Shown in pieces: positions 35,805 through 45,100 of a stretch of DNA of 64,000 bases (the first letter of the stretch is position 1; each line of letters begins with the position of its first letter). The notes under the pieces are model-generated. The model did no database searches and had not been told where the DNA came from. It saw nothing but the letters and a program-made list of their open reading frames with translations. The DNA is taken from positions 46,387 through 110,386 of the IMG/VR virus record IMGVR_UViG_3300046804_004438. One strand, written 5' to 3'. Origin of the DNA: a virus. Made by a program: the position numbers and the translations under genes.

Positions 35805-36449
35805 TTAGAAATTAAGTGCATAACCTATTGTTACTGAATCAGCAGTTGAAGTATTCCACTTCTTGTCGTATGAACGAGCAACGGAAACGTTTACTGATTG
35901 ATCCTTAGCAAACTTGTAAGTTAGACCTGTACCAACCTGATGTGACTCATAATCGTATGCAGCATCAAATGAGTTGCGATAGCGATAGTTGGCAGCATTG
36001 ATAACAATGTTATCAGTAAGGCTATAGTCCATACCTGCACGAAGTGCATAGTAGCCATAGTTGGCACCGTTGGTGAACTTTTGACCAACGCCTGCACCAG
36101 CCTTAGCAACGAAACCAGCAAAAACTGGAAGCTTATAGCCAGCCTGTGCTTCAATAGTCTGAGTCAATGCACCAGCATTAGCTGCTTGGTTTGTACCAGC
36201 TGCAACTCCAGCTGAGAAACCACCACCAACGTTACGTGAATATGCTACAGAATAGTTAGTAGCTGTGGACTTGCTAAAATCACCTGTGTTATAGTCGAAA
36301 CCATAACCAGCTGAAATCGTATTGTCTGCAGTTGCTGCTGCAGGTGCTGCTGCAGGGGCTGCAGGAGCGGCCTTCTTTGAAGGAAGGTCTGTAGCATACG
36401 CGCCAGTTGCAAAAGCAATAGCGGCTGCAGTAATAAGTAGCTTCTTCAT
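35805..36449 (-). CDS. Outer-membrane beta-barrel protein (rhizobial Omp-type leader)
   Basis: Signal peptide, ATDLPSKKAAPAAP linker, amphipathic strands and terminal Phe. Confidence 0.8.
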   Translation of the reverse strand: MKKLLITAAAIAFATGAYATDLPSKKAAPAAPAAAPAAATADNTISAGYGFDYNTGDFSKSTATNYSVAYSRNVGGGFSAGVAAGTNQAANAGALTQTIEAQAGYKLPVFAGFVAKAGAGVGQKFTNGANYGYYALRAGMDYSLTDNIVINAANYRYRNSFDAAYDYESHQVGTGLTYKFAKDQSVNVSVARSYDKKWNTSTADSVTIGYALNF

Positions 36450-36476
36450 TATTTACTCCTTGGTTAGAATGAAGGG

Positions 36477-36962
36477 TTAGCCTTCGAAAACAAGTTTTTG
36501 ACCAGTGAGTTTTTCTTTTCTTACCCACTGAACGACTAACCCGATTGCACGACCGTGGGCTTCTATTTCCCAGGGCGTATCCCAGTAATCTACCTTTTTA
36601 GTATCTACTTGTTTACCATTAAACTTGTAGACTTTTGGTTGATTACAAAGCTCGTAATATTCACCTTTAGCCCATTGTTTAACATGTACCAATTCATGAG
36701 CTAGACTATTTAGTAAAAGTTGAATCTTTTGATCTGGATCCATATGGATTGTAAACTCATTGGGACGGTAGTGATTGTCTTCCCAGATACAACTTGCATA
36801 TGTATTGTGGTCTTGAAAAAGCTTTTTCATAAAAACAATATCAATAACCAGCTTATCTTTCCTTGATTTAGTAAAGAATTTGTCTAATACAAAATTACCA
36901 AGGCTTCTTAGCTTGGCAAGATCTTGTTTTTGTACTAGCTTTGTATTCTTAAACTTAATCAT
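36477..36962 (-). CDS. Zincin-like metallopeptidase domain protein
   Basis: AHELVHVKQ and PWEIEA motifs. Confidence 0.75.
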   Translation of the reverse strand: MIKFKNTKLVQKQDLAKLRSLGNFVLDKFFTKSRKDKLVIDIVFMKKLFQDHNTYASCIWEDNHYRPNEFTIHMDPDQKIQLLLNSLAHELVHVKQWAKGEYYELCNQPKVYKFNGKQVDTKKVDYWDTPWEIEAHGRAIGLVVQWVRKEKLTGQKLVFEG

Positions 36963-37013
36963 TGTGAAACACCTTTACAATAATATAGTATATATTGTTA
37001 CCAAAGTCAACTG

Positions 37014-37670
37014 TCATTTCTCTAGAAGATCTAATTCTTTTAAAGAAGGAAACATATCCATGATCTTGTACCAACAATCTATTGCAATCTCACGGTGTTC
37101 TTTCTGAGTGCCATTAGAACATCTCAGTTGGCAATAATGGATCCAAGAACGTAAAGAGCCAGACATGTACATACGAGAAACAGTAAGACCTTCTGGAAGA
37201 ACTGCTCGTGCCTGTTCCTTGGCAATTCCTTGTTCAATTGCCCATTTATAGATTTTTCGTGAGTAGTTAATTGAGTTTTGTTGAAAATGTTCCCATGTTC
37301 CTTTGATTTGTTCATCATCAAATTCAATTGAGTTTTGTCTGTTCTTTGTATCTTGGAGACGCGCGTCACGAGTGATGAAACCAAGATCTTTCGTTGGATC
37401 TGCATAGCGTTGAGAAAACTCCTGGAATGTAAACGAACGATGTCTTAGAATCTGACGAGCAATATCACGTGTCGTTTCTATTTCCATAACAACATGAACA
37501 AGTTCAAAAGGAGACCAGTGCTTGTTCTTTACAAGATATTTAATCAGACGACCTGATGTTTCATTATTATTCTGATTAGAAGGATTGGATACTCTTGCAA
37601 CATATGCAATAAATTCATCAATTCCTAGACCAGATGTTGGCCTGGTGACAGCAACTATATTAACACTCAT
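37014..37670 (-). CDS. thyX: Flavin-dependent thymidylate synthase
   Basis: H.SPFE, RHRSFTFQEFSQRY, EQARAVLP and TQKEHR motifs. Confidence 0.97.
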   Translation of the reverse strand: MSVNIVAVTRPTSGLGIDEFIAYVARVSNPSNQNNNETSGRLIKYLVKNKHWSPFELVHVVMEIETTRDIARQILRHRSFTFQEFSQRYADPTKDLGFITRDARLQDTKNRQNSIEFDDEQIKGTWEHFQQNSINYSRKIYKWAIEQGIAKEQARAVLPEGLTVSRMYMSGSLRSWIHYCQLRCSNGTQKEHREIAIDCWYKIMDMFPSLKELDLLEK

Positions 37671-37671
37671 T

Positions 37672-37950
37672 TTAGTCCCTCAAGAATTCATATGATTTAA
37701 TCATAATAGATTCTTTTACAGGGTAATAATCATTACCTTGTACACCTTGCATAATATAGTCACCATAGTATGCCTTCATCGCACCTTCCAATGTAAGAAT
37801 CATTACACAAGGAGTATCATCACGATCTAGATGTGTAATGAAAGCCTTACCATCTGACCAACTTTGTAGTTCTTCGTTAGTCAACTCTGGAGTGAATTGA
37901 ATTGCTTTTTGATGAAATGGTTTTTTCTTTACAACATACTCACGAATCAT
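37672..37950 (-). CDS. Conserved small phage protein
   Basis: TLEG.M....GDYI..GV.G..YP motif. Confidence 0.7.
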   Translation of the reverse strand: MIREYVVKKKPFHQKAIQFTPELTNEELQSWSDGKAFITHLDRDDTPCVMILTLEGAMKAYYGDYIMQGVQGNDYYPVKESIMIKSYEFLRD

Positions 37951-38164
37951 ATACTAATCCTTCACTATAAATTTTATCTATAACTTGTTTGGGAGATTCT
38001 TCTACTTCCCATTGTACACCAGTATGACCACCAAATACAAATGTCTTAAACCCACCAGGAGGATTTGCTACCTCATAGATAGCTGTGATGTGATCAATAT
38101 TAATGTATATTGGATTGCCTTTATGTGCTTCATTATCATTAATAAGTTTAACAAATTTAGCCAT
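37940..38164 (-). CDS. FlbD-like small protein
   Basis: IYINIDHI..I and V.ES..V..KI pattern. Confidence 0.55.
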   Translation of the reverse strand: MAKFVKLINDNEAHKGNPIYINIDHITAIYEVANPPGGFKTFVFGGHTGVQWEVEESPKQVIDKIYSEGLVYDS

Positions 38165-38184
38165 AATGTAACTTTCTTATATGT

Positions 38185-38261
38185 TGGTACCCTCGACCGG
38201 ATTCGAACCGGTAACACGGAAATTTTAAGTCTCCTGACTCTGCCAGTTGGTCTACGAGGGC
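38185..38261 (-). tRNA. tRNA-Leu(TAA), short variable loop
   Basis: Cloverleaf, anticodon loop CTTAAAA, CCA encoded. Confidence 0.9.
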
Positions 38262-38266
38262 ATGAA

Positions 38267-38343
38267 TGGCGATCTCAACAGGACTCGAACCTGTAACCTA
38301 CAGCTTAGAAGGCTGTTGCTCTATCCAGTTGAGCTATGAGACC
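38267..38343 (-). tRNA. tRNA-Arg(TCT)
   Basis: Cloverleaf, loop CTTCTAA, CCA encoded. Confidence 0.95.
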
Positions 38344-38350
38344 ATATGAA

Positions 38351-38644
38351 TTAGTATATATTCACATCTAACTTGTCACGAAAGTATTTCTTAAGTTCTT
38401 TCTGAAAAAACTCTGGTGATGTTGTCATATAAGTTTTGTAGAGACCATGTACGTCATCGTTACGATCATGTAACTTACCATATACTGTATAACCTCTTTC
38501 TTGAACTTTTTCAATAAGATCTTCATCTCGATCACCAGGTTCATAAACCGTGAATCCACGAAATCTCAATTCATCCACAAGTTGATCGTCATCAAAATCG
38601 TCTAGATCAATATCAACGTCTACTTCTGTTGTGATTGTAGGCAT
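38351..38644 (-). CDS. Acidic hypothetical protein with internal repeat
   Basis: Two D..L..E..RG(F/Y)TVY units. Confidence 0.6.
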   Translation of the reverse strand: MPTITTEVDVDIDLDDFDDDQLVDELRFRGFTVYEPGDRDEDLIEKVQERGYTVYGKLHDRNDDVHGLYKTYMTTSPEFFQKELKKYFRDKLDVNIY

Positions 38645-38802
38645 ATTACTTGTACCTTTTAGTTATTTCATCAACTCTAATCTTAAGATACTCTATAATG
38701 AAATCTTTTGCAACTGAATTCTCAAAATATATTTTGGCATAGTTTATTTCATCAATAAATGCTGCCTTTTTAAGTTGATCGACAGAATAGTTATAAGGCA
38801 GT

Positions 38803-39546
38803 TCAGTCCCAAAGTGCTTCAAAGTATTTGCCGAAAAGCTTGAATCCGTTTCGTTTTCTTGCATTCCATTTCTCCCAGCCTTCTTTGTCAAATACATGAG
38901 TGTCATTTGGACCTGTGACCATCTGCCAAAGGAATTTGCCTTTTTCTTCACTAGGAAGAGGATCACGTTCACCTAATGGTTTTGGTTCACCTACAGGATT
39001 GTATTCTTGATCTACTTTTTGCCAATGTATATCATGTTTACCTGAATGAAATTGATCTTCTGCATTATCATCTAATTTCTGTTCGAATGCCCAGATCATT
39101 TCATCAAGCACCCAATCCCATCTCTTATGATGATTATCATCTATATCATAATCATGTTTTGGTTTAGGTGCAGAAGTAGATTTAAGTTCTTCTGGAACAT
39201 CTTCATCATCTACATTTGGAGATCCATGCTTAGTATCTCTCAACTGTTTAAGAAGAGGAAGAGTTATAATAGAAATCGTATGATCTGCACTCCATGTATC
39301 ATAACGGTGCAACTTAATTACTTCTTTACGTTTCTTTTTGCTATCAATCCAGTTACAAAATTTATTAACCCAGGTAGAAGCTAGCCAATCACCTAGTCTA
39401 TCTTTGAGTTTATAATCCCATCGCTCCTCGATAGTCTCATCAAGAGGATATTTTTCTTGCCAGAAGAACAACATATCAAGAAGCTGATATGGTCCTATCC
39501 AGTTTTTGTATGGTCCAATATAAACTTTCATTAGAACACCATCCAT
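38803..39546 (-). CDS. Conserved hypothetical phage protein
   Basis: YDTWS.DHT, RWDWVLDEMIWAF and NGF.LFGKY..LWD motifs. Confidence 0.7.
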   Translation of the reverse strand: MDGVLMKVYIGPYKNWIGPYQLLDMLFFWQEKYPLDETIEERWDYKLKDRLGDWLASTWVNKFCNWIDSKKKRKEVIKLHRYDTWSADHTISIITLPLLKQLRDTKHGSPNVDDEDVPEELKSTSAPKPKHDYDIDDNHHKRWDWVLDEMIWAFEQKLDDNAEDQFHSGKHDIHWQKVDQEYNPVGEPKPLGERDPLPSEEKGKFLWQMVTGPNDTHVFDKEGWEKWNARKRNGFKLFGKYFEALWD

Positions 39547-40337
39547 CCATTCTTTTCATCTATCTCATACTTATCGACAGCAGAATCTTTGATTCCTTTC
39601 AGAAAACCATCAGGAGGAATCATATTGTATCTAGCAGTCTTTTGATCTGGTTGTGTATGAGATATTTTGTTTTCCACAGGAACTATTACAGGAGCAGGAT
39701 CTACAACATACAGTGGGAATCTAAATCCATTTTGAATTCCCATCATGTGATCGATAGAAACACCTAGAGGAAAATATCCTCTATTACCATCCCATGTATC
39801 TAATGCATGCAGACAATGCTTTGCAGTGTTGGGTGTAATAGCATAAGCATGAGTACCTTCAAACTTATTCAATTGCACTTTAGTAAAAGGCTCATCAATA
39901 CATTCATAATCATCTCTGTCGTCAACTCTAAATCCTAAAAATGTCCATTGAAAATCTTCAACTTCTATATCAAGAAAATTACGTTTTACAATCGCATCGT
40001 GTTCAAATACTGCTACTGCACCCTGATGTTCATTGGCAACTTTTTGCCATATTGAAAGGTGACCGGTAAGACAAAGTTGTTCTTTGAACCAAATGTTAAG
40101 AACTTTATGTTCTTGTGGATTAGGATGGTTAGGATTAATAACTTCATTACCATCTACACGTGGATCAACTCTGAATCCCCATTTGTCTTTGATAGCCTGT
40201 GTTGTTGTTGGAAGTTTCATCCCAAGATGAGGTGTGACTGGGATACCATACTTCTCACATGATGCCTTGCATTCCTCCATATACTTAACAGCATCTGGAG
40301 TATCAATGTAAAGAATATATGCATGCTCAATTTTCAT
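39531..40337 (-). CDS. GT25-like glycosyltransferase
   Basis: C..GH..IW, VFEHDA and GTHAYAI motifs. Confidence 0.65.
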   Translation of the reverse strand: MKIEHAYILYIDTPDAVKYMEECKASCEKYGIPVTPHLGMKLPTTTQAIKDKWGFRVDPRVDGNEVINPNHPNPQEHKVLNIWFKEQLCLTGHLSIWQKVANEHQGAVAVFEHDAIVKRNFLDIEVEDFQWTFLGFRVDDRDDYECIDEPFTKVQLNKFEGTHAYAITPNTAKHCLHALDTWDGNRGYFPLGVSIDHMMGIQNGFRFPLYVVDPAPVIVPVENKISHTQPDQKTARYNMIPPDGFLKGIKDSAVDKYEIDEKNGWMVF

Positions 40338-40355
40338 ATCACACCTATTATAAAA

Positions 40356-40430
40356 TGGTTGCGGGGGATGGATTCGCACCACCGACCTTCGGATTATGAG
40401 TCCGACGCTCTTCTACTGCGCTACCCCGCG
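40356..40430 (-). tRNA. tRNA-Met(CAT), initiator-like
   Basis: CGCGGGG...CCCCGCAACCA with C1:A72 mismatch; atypical T-loop TGCGAAT. Confidence 0.88.
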
Positions 40431-40628
40431 TCACTGTTTTCTATGAGATCTCTTATACCATTTACACCAGCCATCAGGATCAATGTTACCTGCAACTGCT
40501 GTACATTTATTAGGAGCTCTCCACATAGTACAATTCTCACAAACCTGTCCATTGTGAGGATGAGCTTGATAACCAGCTTCTTGCTTTGAAGATTTATCTT
40601 CGTTAAGAAACTCGTTAAAACTTTTCAT
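40431..40628 (-). CDS. HiPIP-like [4Fe-4S] protein with capsid-targeting leader
   Basis: MKSFNEFLNE leader; YQ..P..CENC..W..P..C..V.G.I.P.GWC.WY. Confidence 0.82.
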   Translation of the reverse strand: MKSFNEFLNEDKSSKQEAGYQAHPHNGQVCENCTMWRAPNKCTAVAGNIDPDGWCKWYKRSHRKQ

Positions 40629-40990
40629 TATGCATCTCTCGAAATATAATGCATACGAACTTTCTCAGGCTTAAAATACTTATCTACCGTTTCAATTACT
40701 GTATCATTATTGAATGGCTTACATGAAAACACATCAATATAGAAGTTACCATTTGCTTCTACAAAATGACCTGTAATATTTGATGTCTCAATCATCTGAC
40801 AAAATGATATACCAGACTTAGAAAGATCATGAGTAGCAAAACGTTCAATCCATGGCTCACCAAATGCAACCATGTCAATAGCAACTACAAGCTCCTTAAT
40901 GAACTTATATACATTTTCTTTTGAACTAATTAGTCCAACATCACCACTTGTACAATCAAGTAAAAGATGATAGCCCCATGTATCTTTCAT
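40628..40990 (-). CDS. speD: S-adenosylmethionine decarboxylase proenzyme
   Basis: G.HL..D, IETSNITGH and YIDVFSCK motifs. Confidence 0.8.
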   Translation of the reverse strand: MKDTWGYHLLLDCTSGDVGLISSKENVYKFIKELVVAIDMVAFGEPWIERFATHDLSKSGISFCQMIETSNITGHFVEANGNFYIDVFSCKPFNNDTVIETVDKYFKPEKVRMHYISRDA

Positions 40991-41029
40991 TCTAGTTTCC
41001 TTTTCAGGGTAAATGTAAAACATTATTTA

Positions 41030-41548
41030 TTATCCAAATTTCTTAATAGGTCTTCTGATCTCTACTACGAGGTCGACAGGATATGCAGTAATGTTTACAG
41101 ATTTGTCCTGATTGCCACCCAACAACTGAATATACTTTACTCCATTTTCAGTATAATAGCTATGAAAAAATGCAACATGCCTTCCACTTCCACCAGTTCT
41201 TTTTACCAAAACAATATCACCTGGTTGTGGCTGATTTACTTTCATTCCATAGTTATGATAACTGGCAGCGGAAAGATTGTCGGTAGAATAATAACCAGCT
41301 TTTTCTAAAACAAAATTAATAAACCCTGCACACCAAGGTACTTGCACAGGGTCTACATCCAAGAGCTGTTTTAACTCTTTTCTATTTTTATTAGCATTGT
41401 AGCCATCATAATCCATGGCTATCTTCATTATATCTCCTCCCTTTGATCCTTGAAACATACCATTAAAGTCAACAGACATAGTAAGCTCAAAGGCAACTAC
41501 CTTGAAAGGAAACAGACATAGAAGAGCAATTGCTAATATTTTTTTCAT
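41030..41548 (-). CDS. TIGR02594-like NlpC/P60-CHAP peptidase with signal peptide
   Basis: PWCAGF, PGDIV, GRHVAF and LGGNQ motifs. Confidence 0.85.
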   Translation of the reverse strand: MKKILAIALLCLFPFKVVAFELTMSVDFNGMFQGSKGGDIMKIAMDYDGYNANKNRKELKQLLDVDPVQVPWCAGFINFVLEKAGYYSTDNLSAASYHNYGMKVNQPQPGDIVLVKRTGGSGRHVAFFHSYYTENGVKYIQLLGGNQDKSVNITAYPVDLVVEIRRPIKKFG

Positions 41549-41994
41549 TGTAGATGGGTAAGCATTTTTCTGCAGTATGCGGTCTTGTTTGATCTAGGGA
41601 TCTGACCACTGCTATAAAACGATGCTGCTTTGCAGATATCGTTGTTGGTTCTATCTAAAGCATAACGAAGATATGCCATGCTATACTCTAAGTTTACTTC
41701 AGGCTTATAAAGTTCAGTACACTTACCCACAAACCCCTCCGTCTTCGCAGTCTTGCAACGAATCTGGCCTAGACCAATCTCTCCAAGCTTGCCTGTGACA
41801 GTGGGATCATAATTAGATTCCAGACTAACAATAGCATGCGCCAAGTCGTTTGGAACTTTATGTCTTTCTGCGATTATATCTACTAGTAATTTTATATCTT
41901 GTATATTGTACGATGTATTTTTCGGTTTATCAACGGCGTATGATGCAGAAGACATACTAACCCCTATAACGAGGGCTAATAGTACTTTCTTCAT
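41545..41994 (-). CDS. Lytic transglycosylase (SLT) with signal peptide
   Basis: A....ESNY.P, GLGQI and L..PEVNLEY...YL motifs. Confidence 0.85.
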   Translation of the reverse strand: MKKVLLALVIGVSMSSASYAVDKPKNTSYNIQDIKLLVDIIAERHKVPNDLAHAIVSLESNYDPTVTGKLGEIGLGQIRCKTAKTEGFVGKCTELYKPEVNLEYSMAYLRYALDRTNNDICKAASFYSSGQIPRSNKTAYCRKMLTHLQ

Positions 41995-42077
41995 TTTTCT
42001 TCCTTGGGTTGACATTAGGATACTCTCCCAATGCTTCTTGTGCCGGAAGGGCACAATAGAATATTTATTCTATTTGA

Positions 42078-42845
42078 TTATTGTAAATTAGTCCACTGCT
42101 TTTTATCTGGATCTGTATTTTCCAGTACCTTTAGATCACCTGGGATCATAGGACTAAAGTCAATCTTTGTTTCCTGCTCAATTTTTTGCACAGAAACCAC
42201 ATACTTAGGAAGGTCTTTTACTTCCAACTTCTCATTTGGGAATATAAAACCAATCATCTTTTTATTAGTTGGATCTATAACAATTTTGAATAGTCTTGTT
42301 GGCACTGCTACTTTGTTAGGACCAATAGTCTTATATCCGTTGTCATAGATTGATCCCTGAATCACATAAAGATCTGCACCCTTGACAACCCAGTCTCTCA
42401 CAAATACTTCCAACTGTTTCCATATTCCTCTGTTATTGCCAGGATTCTGAGGAACCATGTTAGAAAGAAGAAATGATTCAGACATTGCTTGTTTGTTGGC
42501 ACCATTGTTGGCAGCAGGACTCATATGACCTCGATCGTAACCAGCACTATTGTAGTCTTGTAGAGTTGATTGAAATTCTGGTTTAATTTCCGGATCTGGT
42601 CTGAAATCTTCTGTGCGAGGTTCTTCACCAATACGAGTCTTAGATACATGTTCGGCAACATAGAGAGGATTTTTATATACTGTACTATATGCTACAGCAT
42701 AACCTGCACGACAAAGATACTGTATGTTTTCCTTTACAAGAGGAACTGGTGCACCCCATTGTACATGTTGTGGGCATTTATCATCAATAGGATTAGCAAA
42801 TGCTAATGTTGGAAAAAATAGTAAAGCTAATAATAACTTTTTCAT
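42078..42845 (-). CDS. Secreted DNA/RNA non-specific endonuclease (NucA/EndoG family)
   Basis: Signal peptide; GYDRGH, SNMVPQ and NRGIW..LE motifs. Confidence 0.93.
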   Translation of the reverse strand: MKKLLLALLFFPTLAFANPIDDKCPQHVQWGAPVPLVKENIQYLCRAGYAVAYSTVYKNPLYVAEHVSKTRIGEEPRTEDFRPDPEIKPEFQSTLQDYNSAGYDRGHMSPAANNGANKQAMSESFLLSNMVPQNPGNNRGIWKQLEVFVRDWVVKGADLYVIQGSIYDNGYKTIGPNKVAVPTRLFKIVIDPTNKKMIGFIFPNEKLEVKDLPKYVVSVQKIEQETKIDFSPMIPGDLKVLENTDPDKKQWTNLQ

Positions 42846-42855
42846 TCTGTATTCC

Positions 42856-43890
42856 TTATGTAACGAGCCAATCTGGTCGACTCAATGTCCAATCAACAAC
42901 TTGTTTTATTCGTTCAGTCAATTCAATTTTTGGTTCCCAACCCATTGCCTTCATTCTCTCTCCACTCAGTGCATATCTGAGATCGTGACCAGGACGAGAA
43001 GAATGGAAGTCAACTAATTCATACTTTAATTCTTTGCCCTGAGCATCAGCAATAATTTGAGCCAGCTGTAGATTATTTATTTCTTGTTTTCCAACGATGT
43101 TAAACTTAGGACACTTAACACCAGATGTAGAAGTATCGTTAGGATCATTGTTTGTTTCTGCATTATTAATCAAAAACATAATAGCATCAGCAACATCTAC
43201 AGCATGTATGTAGTGTCTGCTTCCTGGAATTGTTCTGGATGCATCAGAATGTACTGTGATAGTCTCACCATCTCTGATTTTCTTGATACATTTTGGAATA
43301 TACTTCTCTGGATGCTGTCTTTCACCAAACACATTCATCGTATGTGTAACTATGATAGGAAGTTTGTATGTATTGTGGTATGCAACTGCCAACTCTTCAC
43401 CACCTGCTTTGGTTGCAGAATATGGATTGGTTGAATTGTAACGATCGTATTCATCATAATTGACACCGTGTGGTGCAGGACCAAATACTTCGTCTGTTGA
43501 GAAGTAAATAAACTTTTCTAATGATCCATTACAACTGCGTGCATATTCTAAAATATTACATGTTGCCACAACATTATCAAGAACAAACTCCATGGGATAA
43601 TCAATAGAGCGATCGACATGACTACCAGCGGCAAGATGAACGACAATATCGATTGGCCCAATACGAGAAGCAGTAAGAGGAGTAATTGCTGCCTTAAGGT
43701 CATGATATACAATCCTCACTCTGTGTTTGTTAGGATTATCTTTTACTAGATCATGAAGACGATTCAAGTTACCAGAAAAATCTAAACGATCTAATGTTAC
43801 AATATTCCAATCTGTATTATTAAGAAAATAATTTACAACATGATGTGCAACAAATCCTGCACCACCAGTAATCAAAACATTTTTACTCAT
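42856..43890 (-). CDS. dTDP-glucose 4,6-dehydratase-like (RmlB family)
   Basis: TGGAGF, SHVDRSI, STDEV, YSATK and RPGHDLRY motifs. Confidence 0.9.
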   Translation of the reverse strand: MSKNVLITGGAGFVAHHVVNYFLNNTDWNIVTLDRLDFSGNLNRLHDLVKDNPNKHRVRIVYHDLKAAITPLTASRIGPIDIVVHLAAGSHVDRSIDYPMEFVLDNVVATCNILEYARSCNGSLEKFIYFSTDEVFGPAPHGVNYDEYDRYNSTNPYSATKAGGEELAVAYHNTYKLPIIVTHTMNVFGERQHPEKYIPKCIKKIRDGETITVHSDASRTIPGSRHYIHAVDVADAIMFLINNAETNNDPNDTSTSGVKCPKFNIVGKQEINNLQLAQIIADAQGKELKYELVDFHSSRPGHDLRYALSGERMKAMGWEPKIELTERIKQVVDWTLSRPDWLVT

Positions 43891-44474
43891 TATTTTTCAA
43901 CCTTATATAACCAACTGTCCCAACCACCAGATTCATAAACTTTAATATTTTGTTTACCTAATATTTCATTTACTGCTAGATATACACCATGATCTGCATG
44001 TCCTGGTGTACTTACATAATCATGTCCTCCAATAGAGCCACCTTTTTTAATTTTAGGTAGCCAAGCTAATATATCTGCTTTTACATTTTCATATTTGTGA
44101 GAAGCATCTATAAAAACAAAATCAACTGATCCATCTTCAAATAATGTAGAAGCTTCAACACTATCATTAATTATAGTCGTCAAGTAATCAGAAATAGGAT
44201 CTGTGTTTATTGTATATTCATTATATAACATACCATCTAAAACAGATTGATCATTGACCATATGTTCGTCTGGAGAACCTTCGAAAGTATCTACACCATA
44301 AAATTTAATATTTTTATTTCTGTTTATACCTTCAACAACAGCATAACTTATAGATTTACCCTTCCATACTCCAACTTCCACAAATATAGAATTGTCTGTG
44401 ATATTGTCTAACACATCATTATATAATTGTTCAAAATTAAAGAAACCTGGAACGGTATGGAAGAAATGTTCCAT
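43890..44474 (-). CDS. Class I SAM methyltransferase (Methyltransf_24-like)
   Basis: [17 protein letters not shown] and GHDY motifs. Confidence 0.85.
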   Translation of the reverse strand: MEHFFHTVPGFFNFEQLYNDVLDNITDNSIFVEVGVWKGKSISYAVVEGINRNKNIKFYGVDTFEGSPDEHMVNDQSVLDGMLYNEYTINTDPISDYLTTIINDSVEASTLFEDGSVDFVFIDASHKYENVKADILAWLPKIKKGGSIGGHDYVSTPGHADHGVYLAVNEILGKQNIKVYESGGWDSWLYKVEK

Positions 44475-44476
44475 AT

Positions 44477-45088
44477 CTATTCGCCTATAATGAATGCATT
44501 TCCAAATTGGTGTGTCTTGGTCCAATTGCCTTTGAGATGTCCCATCTGATAATCAAAGAACTTAATCTTAAATCCAGCATCACCCAATGCTTTCAACCAG
44601 AACTCTTCTGGCTCTCTAATCACATGGGTTACATCCATCTCATATTGTCGAATACGAAACTTCTTATTGTCTCCCAATGGTACAGCAACAAGAATATTTC
44701 TACAACGAATACGAAATGCTTTCAATATACTTGGTAGCACATCATATGGCACATGCTCTAGAACATCCTTTGCCATGATTAAATCGTAGTTGCCTTTAAT
44801 ATCATCTACACTATTAATAATGCTAAGATAGTCTTTTACTTCTGGCATACCTGCATTAACAGCATAATCTGAAATATCAACACCGTATGCTTCTTTACCA
44901 AGAAGTCTCATTGCATATACCATAAAACCCTTTGCACAACCAAAATCTAGTACAGTCTCAAAATTAATCTTTTCAATAATTGAAGTCGCTTCACGAATAG
45001 TACGCTCAGGCATCCAGCGATAGTTTTCATAACCACTGATGTGATTATTAATACCATCCTCATAATATTTCTCATCAAATATATTCAT
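44477..45088 (-). CDS. Class I SAM methyltransferase
   Basis: [13 protein letters not shown] and DVLEH motifs. Confidence 0.85.
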   Translation of the reverse strand: MNIFDEKYYEDGINNHISGYENYRWMPERTIREATSIIEKINFETVLDFGCAKGFMVYAMRLLGKEAYGVDISDYAVNAGMPEVKDYLSIINSVDDIKGNYDLIMAKDVLEHVPYDVLPSILKAFRIRCRNILVAVPLGDNKKFRIRQYEMDVTHVIREPEEFWLKALGDAGFKIKFFDYQMGHLKGNWTKTHQFGNAFIIGE

Positions 45089-45100
45089 AATAAAATCCTT

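Noticed and set aside
38646-38972. 108-aa ORF as listed
   Set aside because: The 5' half overlaps the upstream gene out of frame. A short 3' gene may be real, but no convincing start was found.
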